A stretch of DNA of 64,000 nt from Chiloscyllium plagiosum (taxonomy: Eukaryota): positions 10,974,507 to 11,038,506 of the forward strand of contig NC_057719.1 of assembly GCF_004010195.1 (NCBI RefSeq). Direction: 5' to 3'. The notes under the pieces were generated by a model. The model was not told the origin of the DNA. It searched no databases and saw nothing but the letters and a program-made list of their open reading frames with translations. The position numbers and the translations under genes are program-made. The stretch's first letter is position 1. Each line of letters opens with the position of its first letter. Positions 1-12,864 of this stretch are shown piece after piece.

Positions 1-657
1 CAACAATGTCCTGTTCTTGATTGAATACTGACGAAAAGTATTCATTCAGTGTCTCCCCAATCTCTTCCGCCTCCACACGCAACTTCCCACTGCTATCCTT
101 GACTGGACCTATTCCTACCCTAGTCATTCTTTTATTCCTGACATACCTATAGAAAGCCTTAGGGTTTTCCCTAATCCTACCAGCTAAGGACCTTTCATGT
201 CCCCTCCTTGCTGCTTTTAGCTCTCTCTTCAGGTCCTTCCTGGTTACCTTATAACTCTCAATCGCCCCAATTGAATCTTCACGCCTCATCTTTACATAGG
301 CTGCCCTCTTCCATTTAACAAGGGATTCCAATTCCTTATTAAACCACGGCTCCCTCACATGACCCTTTCCTCCCTGCCTGACAGGTACATACTTATCAAG
401 GACACTCAATAGTTGCTCCTTGAACAAGCTCCACATATCAATTGCGCCCTTCCCTTGAAGCCTACTTTTCCAAGCCACTCATCCTAAGTCGTGCCTCACC
501 GCATCATAATTTCCTTGCCCCCAGCTATAACTCTTGCCCTGCAGTGCACACTTATCCCTCTCCATCACTAGAGTAAAAGTCACCGAATTGTGGTCACTGT
601 CCCCAAAGTGCTCACCTACCTCCAATTCTAACACCTGGCCTGGTTCGTTACCCAGAA
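1..657 (-). mobile_element. CR1 LINE ORF2 fragment (endonuclease C-terminus/linker), running off the window edge
   Basis: ORF 479-673 contains LGNEPGQVLELEVGEHFGDSDHNSVTF, the APE-type endonuclease SDH motif. It is near-identical to 41635-41818. Confidence 0.85.
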
Positions 658-2091
658 TGTCACATATTGGCAATTTGTATTCTTCCTACTGTAATCAATC
701 TCCTGAGATCATCAGCTCAAAGATCTTGTTATCATTAATAGTAAACCTTTTGCATTGGCTATGGATTTGGGGTTATTAAACAATGGGGAAGCCTGCCTCT
801 CCTGATGTTTTTCACTGATTGATAAGTGGATTGTAAGTGCTGCCCAAGGAACATGATGTTTCTAAGCCAAAGGAACACAATCTCCTTTAGGGGCCAGAAG
901 GAGCACTTTCAGCAAATCAGGATTTTCATACATTCACCTCACATTGGCCAGCACTCAACAATGATGAGAGTTATACCTGCTCACTGGATTGTGGACTCTT
1001 TGAAAATCAGCAAAGAGCATGATGGTGACTGTCCTGTCTGTACAGAATTTATCACTAAAAAGTGAATGAATGTTCATGAAGTAACTCTTTATTTGCAGAG
1101 AGAGCAAAACAGACATGAAATTATTTCTGATTGATGGCTAGGCTGAAATTAAGGTAACCAAGTAACTATTAATCCCTACAGAATAAAGATGTGTCACAAG
1201 GATTAAAATTAATTATTGTGTATTGTCTAAGAGGCAAAGCAAGCTGGTTCAGTAATCACTTCCAAAAGGATAAACAGATGGCGAGGGAAATGTGCAGGGG
1301 TTTGTGAACAAGGGGTGAGACTAAAGAGATACCATTTTCAAAAAGTTAATGGAGATACAATGGGCGAAATGACCTTTATCTGCATAATTCTGTTACTGCA
1401 TGACCAGTGCAATCCAGGTCCTCTTTAGATAAAATGTCCAGTGAAAGAAAACTGAAAGAAAGCACCAACATTGCATTGTTTGTACAATGGGTTGTTGTTA
1501 ATATTGAATTACACGTCTACATCCACACCACTCAAATCAATAGCAGATATCCAGCAGCCAGAAGTGGAGGATAATTAGTTCTCACAGCATTCGTGATATC
1601 TCTGTGACAACAATCGAAAGCATTAGCGTAGAGAATTATAGTGCCACATCGGAACTGCAGTCCCTGAGTGGAGTTCCATTTGCTGGTGAGGACTGTATGT
1701 ACCTCTGTATGAGTGTATATGTAGGTGTCTCTGTGGGTGTCTCCATGCTTCCTAGGTAAACACCATTACAGGTTGTTTTCATGTCACACTATTTTGGGCC
1801 TCACTATTGAATTACCACTAAAAGCGAATGCAATCAGATTAAAGGAAGACTTGCACTTTTACACCACTTTTTGACAGTATTAGAAGCACAGGTTCCTTTA
1901 AGAGTTCACCAGATGATGTTGTCCAATCAAACTGCTCAGAAATGTTAATACAATTCTGGGGCAGGTGGGACTTGAATACAGGCCTCTTGTATCAGACGGA
2001 GAGACACTACCACTGTGCCAGAAGAGAGCCCAAAAGCAACTAGAACAGCTCGAGAGTTGATGGTGAGAAGGTTATGCTCAGTGATACTGAA

Positions 2092-3486
2092 GAATTGGGT
2101 CTTCTGTTGTAATTTGTTCATTGTTTAAGTGGTCAAATGGATGATTTAGTGGTGGTTTCTTTTTAAAAACAAAGAGCTGGGCTCTTCATCAACTCAGGGG
2201 GCACACATTTAAGGTGAGGGGGGAAAGTTCAAAGGAGATGTGAGGGGCAAGTTGTTTATACAGAGTGGCAGGAATCTGGAATGTGCTGCTGGGGGTGGTG
2301 ATGGAGGCAGATACGATAGGGCATTTGAAGGGACTTTTAGATAAACACATGAATATGCAAGGAATGGAGTGATATGGACCTAGGGCAGGCAGAAGGAATT
2401 AGTTTAATTTGGCATCATGTTTGACACAACATCGTGGGTCGAAGGGCCCATTCCTGTGCTGTACTTACTGTTCTATGTTCTATCAACAGGTCCAGATAGC
2501 AGTCAGAGTAGCAGTCATAATTTGCAACTGCCTACCTCTCTTCTACAGCTACATCTGTCCATTGGTCTCTTTGGAATGGCAGCACAAGGCATTCACCAGT
2601 AGCCTTGAAGCTTTCAGACTTAGGTGGCTACCCCTGGGACTGGTGTGCATTAACTCCTTCACTAAAACTATTTTGCTTCAGTCACTCCCTTGCCTTCTCC
2701 CTTTTTGATTGTTTTTGTTATTGTTATGTTAACCTTGGTGGGCAATGTTTGCAATGTACTGATTGAATGATTTGGTAATGGATTATTAAAATTTAAAAAA
2801 AGAGCTGGGTTCTTCCCCAGTGGGAAAATAAAAACTGTTTTGCTTGGGTGATTTGGTAATTTGGTGGTGGCTTTCTTTGTTTTAAAAAAAAAATGAAGTT
2901 TTCAGCAATCCTGCATGACAGTAAAATATTGCGGTTCATGGGATCCCAGTTATAAATATCTATTACGTGGTGTTCCGCAATCCATGGGCCAGCTACACTT
3001 GAGATACTGAAGGGCGCAACCCTTTTTTCTTCACTTTAAACATAACTGTCATTAGTCTTTTAGTCATACTGTAGCCCCATGCTCCTAATCTTGAGGCACT
3101 TGGTGCAGATGAGTTCCTTGTGGACCTGCTCCTGCACCTGCACCTGCCCAGACTAGCCATCAACAGATCAAGGTAATGGGGTCATTTAGGGGGAGAGTCT
3201 TAATTCTCAACTGTCTGCCTCTCTTTCATAGTTACATCCATGCCTCAGCGTCTTTGGAGAGAATGGATGCAAAGTCCACTTATATCCTTGAGGGTTTTCA
3301 GAATAGGTGGGCACCAGAGGAGCTCAGATGTATTATTTCGTCCTCCTATGATATTTTGATTTATTACACGCCCCTGATCAATATTTTCTCTGTTTGAGTT
3401 CCTTTTAATGTTGGTTATCATCACATTGCCCCTCAAAATCAGCAGTTTTTGTTATTTGTTAAAACGCTGAGTTCTTCTCCAGTGGA
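2092..3486 (+). mobile_element. Cluster of decayed Tx1/L1-clade non-LTR retrotransposon 3' ends
   Basis: Two segments (~2482-2700 and ~3060-3400) encode related C-termini (INRS...CLPLF.SYI...SLE....LE.F..RW.P..L.CI). Each is followed by a T/G-rich UTR, an A-run and a recurrent GAGCTGGGYTCTTC motif. Confidence 0.6.
2194..2481 (+). mobile_element. 5'-truncated CR1 3' end with 6-bp TSD
   Basis: GHTFKVRGGKFKGDVRGK-type ORF2 end, 3' UTR and TATGTTC tail. ATCAAC at 2188-2193 and 2482-2487. Confidence 0.8.
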
Positions 3487-3589
3487 CGTCAGCTTCTGGA
3501 AGGCAAAGGGTCCAAAAGGGAAACTGGTGTTTGCGCTAAACTGCAAAGTTCAAATAACACCTTCATAAATCTCTGAAAGACCTTTTCTG

Positions 3590-3960
3590 CCTAATTTATC
3601 ATAGGGATATCAGTCTGTGGAACGCCTTTCACAACCCCAGACTACCTCAAGTACTTTTGAAGGTGCTGCAGGAAATGCGAGAACCATTTTATCGAACAGC
3701 AAATTCCCACAAACTACAATGTAATAACAAGAAGTTAACCTACTTAACTGGTGTCAATTGAGAGATAACTGTTTGCCAGCTCTTCTACTCTTCTTCAAAA
3801 TAATGGATCTTTTATGCCTACCCAAAAAAAGCAGATTGGGCATGCGCTGTAACAGCTCTTCTTAAAATTGGTCCCTCTGACAGTGCAGCACTCAATTAGT
3901 ACTGCATCAGAGTGGGAGCTTCGATTTTGTTTGCCCTCACTGGAAACCTGGTACAATGGC
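3590..3960 (-). mobile_element. Deu-domain SINE (SacSINE1/AmnSINE1-like), decayed
   Basis: The reverse complement contains gcactgtcagaggg...aaaagatccatt.ttttgaagaagag...gctgttcg, typical of the Deu core. Related copies at ~11370, ~29290, ~51090 and ~56880. Confidence 0.6.
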
Positions 3961-4140
3961 AAATGTCCTAAAAACTGAACCCCATCAGATCCATATAATG
4001 TAGCAGCAGCCCATCGTCTTATTCCGAATGCAGCAAACACACCACAAATCAATCAAGGACTTCTGGACTGCTGAGAGTTTTTTCTCAAAGCATTGTGAAA
4101 TGCTAATGATAAGCCTGCTAGATTTCCAAATGTTACTCAC

Positions 4141-4338
4141 CTCAGTCTCAGACACCGGCGTCTGGTCAATTCCTTTGGTTATAGAGGCCCAGGATCTGGC
4201 GGTGAGCATGCAGGCAAAGAGTGGGTACAGGTCCCCAGCCCCCAGCCTCCGGCTGTACATCTCGATGCCTTTCATGTCTGTTCTTATCAGAGAATGCCAC
4301 AAGCGGCAGTAGTCGAGGCGGAACTCTTCGGTCAAGTT
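4141..4338 (-). CDS. ADCK1: ADCK1 next internal coding exon, 198 nt, phase 0/0
   Basis: Translates to NLTEEFRLDYCRLWHSLIRTDMKGIEMYSRRLGAGDLYPLFACMLTARSWASITKGIDQTPVSETE, which directly continues the ADCK1 protein after DHGLYQ. Acceptor is ttggctttgtccag and donor is GAG|gtgagt. Confidence 0.95.
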
Positions 4339-4422
4339 CTGGACAAAGCCAAGAATAAAACAGCAGTCAAGAGAAAGAGGCAATCATTAGAACTGAGCAT
4401 CAATTTAGCATCAGAAGTGTTC

Positions 4423-4960
4423 AGAATCACAAAACTGATCTAGCACAGGAGGAGTCCATTTGACCCACTGTGCCTGCACTAGTTCTCTAAATAAGAATAT
4501 TACTTATTATCTATTGTTTTTCTTTTCCATAGCCTTGCACATTACTTGCATCCAAGTAATCATTCACTGCCCTCTTTCGTGCCTCAACTGAACCTACATC
4601 CACCACAGTTCCAGGCACGGCATTCCATAAGCTAAATGTTTATATTTGCGCCTATTTTCAAATCACTTTGATTCTGTGCCCTCTGGTTCTTGGTCCTTTT
4701 ACAAGTGGAGATAGTTCTCCCCTTGTATTCTATCAAGCCCCGTTCATGATTTTGAAACTGTCTTGTCAGATCTCCTATTCGCCTTCTTCTCTCCAAGGTG
4801 AACATTCCCACCTTCCTCAATGTATCCTCATTGTTTAAGTTCCTCCTCCCTGGAACCATTCCTGAAAGGCATTTCTGCACTCTCCCCACACTTTCACATC
4901 CTTCCTACGATGTAGCGTCCATAACTGTACACAATACTCCAGCTAAGATCTAACAAGTAT
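4423..4960 (-). mobile_element. Decayed CR1 3' fragment
   Basis: ORF 4632-4889 contains GMFTLERRRRIGDL, the CR1 ORF2 C-terminal motif. Confidence 0.75.
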
Positions 4961-6130
4961 CTTTTTCCCAACAGCTTTATGCATACACTTAGGGTTTCCA
5001 ACTATAATGAAATCTATTGCTGGAGATTAAATCACGCCCCCTAGCCTACACTCAAGTCAGTCAGCCCATGGCCAGCCACATCCATCCTTGTGACACACTG
5101 TCTTCCACCATCTGGCAAGCAAAGAGAGTCTTTGCCAAATAGGGTGAAGCCTGACTATCAGCAAGAAAAGCATTTGTTTTCCTGTGCTCAATATTTTTAC
5201 AACTGGTAGAGCAAAATGTTTAAAAATAATGACATTTTTTTGTAATTTTCTTCAATGTGCCTATGGTATATCTCCACTACTGTGCACACTGTAGCACCTT
5301 GGGAGACTGCCCTTTGACACCAGGTCAATTCTGAAGAGTGAGAAAATGTAAATGCAATAGGTCTTCAAATCTTTATATAGAATTTACTCACAGAATTAAA
5401 TTAGTCAGCTCAACTGGCTTATGCAGTTATTTTTGCAGATTAACTCTCTCGCCATCTCCTTTCTGCCTTGTGTACCTGTCTTTAAAGACAACCCCAATTC
5501 TCCTCTACCACTCCGTAAGCAGCTGATTCCACATTTGAACCATCCTCTCAGTGTCTGGTAAACTCTTCATCAGATTTATTACTGAATACCTTATATTGAT
5601 GGCATTTAGTTTTGAATTATTCCATCTTCCCTACGCTTGTATGAACTTCTGCTAGATACAAGACAGATGGATAAATCTGCTGCAGCAGCATTAGCAGAAC
5701 AAGGATAAACACTTTTCCAGATCAGTGAATATCCCATCTTTTTTCAATAGAGATGCAAATATCAAACACAATGCAAACAGATTTGAGGCAAACATGATTA
5801 CGTCTTTGGGTGTTATTTTTGTATCTTAACGCACATCAAAGGGTGAAAAGTTCATATTAGTTGATAATAGTGTTGGAACAGGCCAAGAATGAGTTCAGCA
5901 ACCATCAACTGAAAAACACAACTTCAGCTTGAACATGGGTAAATCTAAAACTACACTGCGACTCATCAGACAGTGGTCAATCTATGGAATAGATTCCCTG
6001 CAATGATGAAGGAAGTTGTTTGTTTTGATTCATTTAAATGTAAATGAGGAAGATCTGTTTTCAGAAGTAACATTTTGGTGTGGAGTATCTGACAAATTTG
6101 AGGGAATATTCATGACGAGTGTTGGGAATT

Positions 6131-6680
6131 GGGCAAGTTTATCTACTTTGCTTCAATGTCTACCCTGCGCTCACCCTCACATGGTCCATCGCTGATGACT
6201 CCCTTCCCTTCCTCGACATCTCTGCTTCCATTTCTGGGGGTAGGCTGGTCACCACTATCCACTACAAACCCACCGAATCCCACAGTTAGCTTGACTATAC
6301 GTCCTCACATCCCACTTCTTGTAAAGATTCTATTCCATTCTCCCAGTTCCTCTGTCTCCAACACATCTGTTCTGATGATGTCAATCTTGACAAGAGGGCA
6401 TCTTCTTTGTCAACTAAGGATTCCCCAGCACGATTGTTGACAGGGCCCTTGGCCAGGCCTGACCCAAATCCCAACCTTCAGCCCTCACACCCTCTCCTCC
6501 CTCCCACAACAGCGATAGGGTCCCCCTTGTCTTCACCTACCACCCCACCAGCATCCACATCCTTGGGATCATTAGCTGTCATTTCCACCACCTTCAGTGG
6601 TATGCCACCACCTGCCACATATTCCCTTCCACTCCCTTGTCAGCCTTATGCAGGGACCATTCCCTCCAGAACACTCTATT
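6131..6680 (+). mobile_element. Penelope-like element (PLE) RT thumb/linker fragment, frameshifted
   Basis: Frames give LPFLDIS, HYKPTESHS.LDYTSSHPTSCKDSIPFSQFLCLQHICSDD and RVPLVFTYHPTS, typical of the PLE RT C-terminus. Confidence 0.75.
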
Positions 6681-7266
6681 TCATTCCAATAAATGCTGGC
6701 CTACCAGGGACATCCCTGTCCCACAAGTCAATAAAAAAAACAAAAATGGCCACACATGTCAATCCATCATTGTGGAGCTTGAAAACATGAGATGGAGGGG
6801 GTGCGTTGTGCATATGCATGTTGTGTACATGTTATGTATGTGTGTGTGCGCGCGCGCTTGTATTTGTCTTGTAGTTGTCAGTGTGTTGCATGAGCTTTGG
6901 GAAGTGGTGAAATTACAGTTTTACCTTTCTGGTCCACTAGACTGTGTTTGGGGGTTCGCCTCCAGGCAATGGCTGGAGTTTGGCCTCATCAGGAGTCAAT
7001 CCACCATCTCAGAGATCCTCTTGGCATCACCAATTCAGCCAAAGTGTGGACATTATTGGAACATGCCAAAGTAAGATTCCCTGATTTTATTCCCCACCCC
7101 TGCTTTCAAATCTCTAACTTCAGGATTGGGATGAGTCAAAATCTTCATTATGAAGAGGCTAGCAGAACAGTAAAAGGCAAGCCATATGAATCTTGGTTCC
7201 CTTATCATTCCTTAACTCTCACAATAAAAAATCCTGGCTGTTTGCTCTTCAAGATAAGAATCGCAA

Positions 7267-7680
7267 GGAGGGATATGGGCCGGGTGCTGGCAGGTGGGAC
7301 TAGATTGGGTTGGGATATCTGGCCAGCATGGACGGGTTGGACCGAGGGGTCTGTTTCCATACTGTACATCTCTATGACTCCAAGTGTACATCGCCAGGAA
7401 TTCCTGTTACAGCACCACCTTTTCAGGATATACTCTCATTTTCCTGCTCCAAAGTACCTGACTGACGGGCACCTTGAAGGTAACAACGTTCTCCTCTCAT
7501 TGACTCTGTCGGTCTGCCGAAAATTGATCAGTAAACATTGATCTGTTCTGTGTGACCTACTGAAAAGAGATATCCCAGGTAATACTGAATGCACTTAATA
7601 GTTTGAAACCGTCAAATATAGCAACCACTGGTACTCTGCTCTCTGAATGATACCATTTATACAGATTGCTAGTTTGACAG
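7267..7680 (+). repeat. CR1 3' tail (7267-7380) plus ~300 bp of non-LINE sequence; inverted copy of 45181-45604
   Basis: Direct comparison of the two regions. ORFs 6897-7541(+) and 45339-45596(-) share MGRVLAGGT.LGWDIW...QEFLLQHHLFRIYSHFPAPKYLTD. Confidence 0.9.
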
Positions 7681-8031
7681 ACAACAGGTTGTAGTTGCTC
7701 AACTACTTACTCTGTTACATACTGCAGGCAATCATAGGGCTTCCACATCACATTTCATCTTGGAAATCACATTTGACAGAAAAACCCTGATTAGTGCTAT
7801 GCAGAGGCCCCCTAGCAGCAGTCAGGATATGGGGAAGAAAATAAATCAGGAGACAGAAAAGGCATGTAAGAAAGGCACTATTTCAATAATCATGGGGGAA
7901 TATCAATATGCAGGTGCACTGCAAAATCAGGTTGGTTATGGATCTCAAGAAAAGGAATTTGTGGAGTATCTACGAGATGATTTTTTTGGAGCAGCTTGTG
8001 GTAGAGCACACTAGGGAACTGGTAATTCTGG

Positions 8032-8232
8032 GTTGAGAGTGTCGTGCTGGAAAAGTACAGCAGGTCAGACAGCATCTGAGGAGCAGGAGAATCGACATTT
8101 CAGGCATAAGCCCTTCATTAGGAATGAGGCTTTTGAGCCAAGGGGGTAGAGAGATAAATGCGATAGGGGCGGGGCTGGGGGGGAAGGGAGCTGAGAGTGT
8201 GATAGGTAGATGAAGGTGGGGGTATGGTGATA
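8032..8232 (-). mobile_element. PLE 3' terminal fragment with degenerate hammerhead motif, 11-bp TSD
   Basis: GGTAATTCTGG at 8021-8031 and 8233-8243. Minus strand reads attcctaatgaagggcttatgcctgaaatgtcgatt. Confidence 0.8.
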
Positions 8233-8815
8233 GGTAATTCTGGATTGAGGCAGACTTGATCAGGGAGTTTAAGATGATGGAACCCCTACGGAGCAATGAC
8301 CATAATATGATAGAATTCACCCTTGAGAGGGAGACATTGAAATCATATTTAACAGCATAACAATTGAGTAAAGGTGACTACAATGATGTGAAGGAGGAGC
8401 TGAGCAGAGTTGATGGGAAGGGGAGCCGAGCAGGCAAGTCAGTGAAGCAGCAATGGCAGGAGTTTCTGGAAATAATTTGGGAGGCACAGCAGAAATTTAT
8501 TCCAAGGAAGAAGAAAGAAAGGGGAGGATGAGACAAGCATGGCTGACATGAAAGTCAGGGCAGCACAAAAGCTAAAGAACAAGGTAACACTGTGGTGAAG
8601 GTTAGTGGAAAGCCAGAGGATTGAGAGGCCTTTAAAAATCAGCAGAGGACAATCAAAAACTCAATAACAGGGAGAAGATAAAATCTGAGAGTAAACTAGC
8701 GAGGAATATAAAAGACGACTGCAAGAGTTATTTTAGATAGATAAAAGGTAAGAGCGAGGTAAGAATGCTCTGTTGCTGATTGGCTGCTGGAAAATTAGGC
8801 TGGAGCAGTAGTAAT

Positions 8816-9117
8816 TAGATTAGATTACCTACAGTGTGGAAACAGGCCCTTCAGCCCAACCAGTTCACACCGACCCTCCGGAGTAACCCACTTCCCTCTG
8901 ACTAATCCACTAACACTATGGGCAATTTAGAATGGCCAAATCACCTGACCTGCACATCTTTGGACTGTGGGAGGAAACCAGAGTACCCAGAGGAAACCCA
9001 TGCAGACACGGGGAGAATGTGCAAACTCCACACAGACAGTTGCCTGAGGCTGGAATCAAACCTGGGACCCTGGTGCTGTGAGGCAACAGTGCTAACCACT
9101 GTGCCACCGTGCCGCCC
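8816..9117 (-). mobile_element. HE1-type V-SINE (tRNA-derived head, CR1-like tail), inserted in CR1
   Basis: Minus strand starts GGGCGGCACGGTGGCACAGTGGTTAGCACTG (A box) and carries the V-domain gtggagtttgcacattctcccc and an aatct repeat tail. Confidence 0.85.
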
Positions 9118-11369
9118 TTGGGGAACGAAGAAATGGCAGAGGAACTCAATAGCTACTCTGCATCACGCTCCACGCTGGAAGACACCATTAGCATATCAGA
9201 ACTTCAACTGAGTTAAAGGCAGGGCTGAGTGTAGTAGTTGACATGAAGGAGGAGGTGCTGGGGAAGCTGAGAGGTCTGAAGATGGATAAATAACCTGAAC
9301 CAGATGGACTACACCCCGGAACTCTGACGGAGATAGCTAAGGAGATTATGAAAGCATTGGTGGTGATCTTTCAGGAATCACTAGTGTCAGGGAGAGTGCC
9401 AGAGGACTGGAAATTGTCTAAAGCAATACCCCTTTCGTAAAAGGGATGGAGGCAGAAGACAGGAAATTTAGGCCAGTTAACCTGACCTCAGTCGTTGGTA
9501 GGACGTTGGAGTTTATCATTTTGGATGAAATTGCAGAAGTGCTTGGTAAAATAGGGCTGAGTCAGCATGGCTTTGTCAAGGGCGTTCATGCCTGACAAGT
9601 CTATTAGAATTCTTTGAGGAGGTAAGGAGCACATTACATGAAGGTAAGTCAGTGAACATGATCTATTTGGATTTCCTGAAAGCGTCTGACAAGTTGCCTC
9701 ACAGGAGGCTGCTAAATAAGATAAGAGCTCATGGTGATAATGGGCAAGGTACTGGCAATGATAGAAGATTAGCTGATTGACAGAAGGCAGAAAGTAGGGA
9801 TGAAGTGGTCTTTTTCAGGATGGCAGCTGGTGAGCAGTGGAGTTCCACAGGAGTCCTTTTTGGGACCACAACTATTCATGTTATACGTTAACAATCTGGA
9901 CAGAGGAACTGAGGGCACTGTTGCTAAGTTTCCGGATAACACAAAGATGGATGGAGAGGCAGGTAATGTTGAGGAAGCAGGGAGGCTGCAGAAGGACTTG
10001 GACAGGCTAGAAGAGTTGGCAAGAAGTGACAGATAGACTATAGCATAACAAAGTATGAGGTTATGCACTTTGGTAGGAAGAATAGACGTGTAGACTGTTT
10101 TCTAAATGACGAAAGGCTTCAGAAATCTGATACACAAAGTGGACTTGGGAGTCCTATATCAGGATTGTCTTTAGCTTAGCATGTAGGTTCAGTTGGCAGT
10201 CAGGAAGGCAATTACAATGTTCGCATTCATTTTGAAATGGCTAGAATACATGAGCAGGGGTGTAAGGCTGAGGCTGTAGATGGCTCTGGTCAAACCACAT
10301 TTGGAATATTGAGAGCAGTTGTGGACCCCATATCTAAGGAATGATGCGCTGACTTTGGAGGGGCTCCAGAGGAGGTTTACAAGTATGATTCCAGGGATGT
10401 AGGGTTTTCGTATGAGGAGCAGTTGAGGACTCTTGGTCAGTACTCAATGAAGTTGAGAAGAATGAGAGGAGATATGATTGAAAGTTACAGAATACGAAGA
10501 GACCTGGATAGAGTGGACATGGAGATGATGTTTCAACTAGTAGGAAAGACAAGGACCTGAGGGCACAAACTCAGAGTGGAGGAATGACCCTTTCAAACTG
10601 AGATAAGGAGGAATTTCTTCAGCGAGAGAGTGGCTGATCTATGGAACCCAATGCCACAGGGTTGTGAAGGCCAAGCCATTGAACATATTTAAGACACAGA
10701 TAGATAAGTTCTTGATTGTAAGGGGATCAATGGTTACAGGGAGAAGGCAGGAGAACAGGGTTAAGAAATGTGTCAGCCATGATTGAGTGGTGAAATAGAT
10801 TCAGTGGGCCCAATGGCCTAATTCAGCTCCTATTTCTTATGGTCTTGAGGGCCTTAATGTGATTTCTTGAGGTTAGATGATGGTAGTGAAGGAAGTTGAG
10901 ATTTGAACATATTTTCAAGTTCCTAACTCCAATGCAGAAGTGACACAAATGAAATGGCTGCCACATTTACTGACTTTTTAAATGTACTTTGGTTTGACCA
11001 TGTGCTGCCTGACGTGTGATACATTTTTTAATATAGATGTACTGCAATATTATATATTTCAAAAGAAACTCCTCACATATACGCATGGATGCGATAATCT
11101 ATGCAGCCTGTCTGAAAATAAATATTCACTGGATTCTAGTAGCATGCTAGAGCAATCCTGTCCTCTGATGGAGACAGACCAGCTCACACTGCAAACCAAC
11201 CAGTCTGATGATATTCATTAAAACACGCATATTATGACAGCAGGAAACCAGGAAAGTTTCATAAAAATCTAATTTACCCTAAAGATAAATCTCTTTCAAG
11301 TGAAAGTTTTCGAATGACTAGCTTAGCTGTTCCTGAAAGAATGCCAGGGAACAGCTCCTTGGCACTCAA

Positions 11370-11610
11370 TGTTACCCTTGGCCTTCTGGGTAGTGTTCAT
11401 GCCTCCAAGTCAGAAATTTGTAGGTTCAAGCTCTGGTTCTGAGAATTGAGCACATAATCTGCTGACACTTGAGTATGTAGATGTGATCCAAAACTAAGGG
11501 CCTGCTCTCTGAAATGGATTTACAATTATCCTGTGGCATTATTTGAAGAAGAGCAACTAAGCTCCTTTTATCCTTGCCAACATTTATCTCTCAACCAATA
11601 AAATAACCAT
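11370..11610 (+). mobile_element. Deu-domain SINE, decayed
   Basis: gtcagaa..tgtaggttcaag head and atttgaagaagagca...catttatctctcaacc core. Confidence 0.55.
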
Positions 11611-12864
11611 GTAGTTGGAACTTAGAGGACTACATACAGCAGGATCCAGGTAGAGCAAGCAGAATGTTAGCTGCTTTTCAATGTGTCTATAGTGGTAGGA
11701 GATTTATATCCATGATACTCCAGGCATGAACAACAGACAGGCTTGAAGGGCTTGCTAATCACCTCCCATTAACATCTCCTGAATGTCAAATGCATGCTTA
11801 CGTCACACAGCCTTAACATCGATATCAGCAGGCTATTGTCTCAGACAGTCAGATCCTGGATCTCCTGATGAGGTTAGCCCTATAAATGGAATTACTTTCT
11901 GTTTTACCTCCAAACCAAACAGCCGTAATCCTGCTCTCTGAACTGCGCCCCCCAGTCTCCAAAGAAAACTCATCATTTTCCAAACAAGCTAGCAAGTCAC
12001 TAGTTGTTGAACTCAAGTGTCCTGTGTGAAACCTTTTTTTGCAATATGCTGATGACTTTGCGCTGCTATCAGTCTGTCCAATAGTTTAAGTACATGAGTT
12101 TAATGTAAAATTGGTTAGTTGAATTTCATAGCCTATTTGAGCTGTTCATTGTTTCTTTCACTCCGTCAGCTGTTGGAGTGTCAAGCCAGCTCATTCTCAG
12201 CTTCTATTTGGTAATCCCTAAGTCAATGCAGAAATGCTAAAAACTTTTCATACGGCTGAAATTCAAATGCATGTATTGATAAAATATCTACAACTTCCAT
12301 TTAGTCCAGGGTCCCTAAAATGCCTGTGTAAAAGCAATTTATAAAATCCTCAAATACCTGTGTGACTGTTTCAAATCCATTCTCTAATGTATACTCAAGG
12401 GATCACAGAATCCTTTGACTGTCAAGGATTGATAGTTGAAATCTCTCTAAAAGACACACAGGACCTACGTATATAACTTTCCCGCATAACAAAAGGATTC
12501 GCAAGATTTAAGAAATGAGTTTTCCACATGACACAAGGCACAAAAAGTCAACACAGCAAGCCCTCAGTCCAAGATCTCCACTGTCTCCAAGGAACTGTCG
12601 CGATCAACTCCTGCATCTTGATTTATTTCGCTTTTCTTATTACTTGTACAGTTCTGCGATGGCGTGAAGAAGGTTGAAATTGAGAATCACTGAACAGAAA
12701 CTGGAAAGGATGAACTCAACTTGTCAACATCTCTAAATCTTTAGTTAGGAGATTTTCACTTGCAAACCATACACGTAAGCCATCACCTTACACCAAAAAC
12801 AAACATCTCTGCTTCTGCCACATGGACAGCTGGTAAAGTCTTTCGAGTATTGATTTATTTAAAC

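Larger units (their letters stand above)
7790..10847 (+). mobile_element. Degenerate ~3-kb CR1 LINE (EN-RT-3'UTR) with nested PLE and SINE insertions
   Basis: Fragments include SGVPQESFLGPQLFMLYVNNLD...KFPDNTK (RT), QHGF.KG.SCLTSLLEFFEEV and a tcttatggtctt tail. Many stops and frameshifts. Confidence 0.85.

Noticed and set aside
6897..7541. 214-aa ORF
   Set aside because: It is a chance frame running across unique sequence, a CR1 UTR and the duplicated flank.
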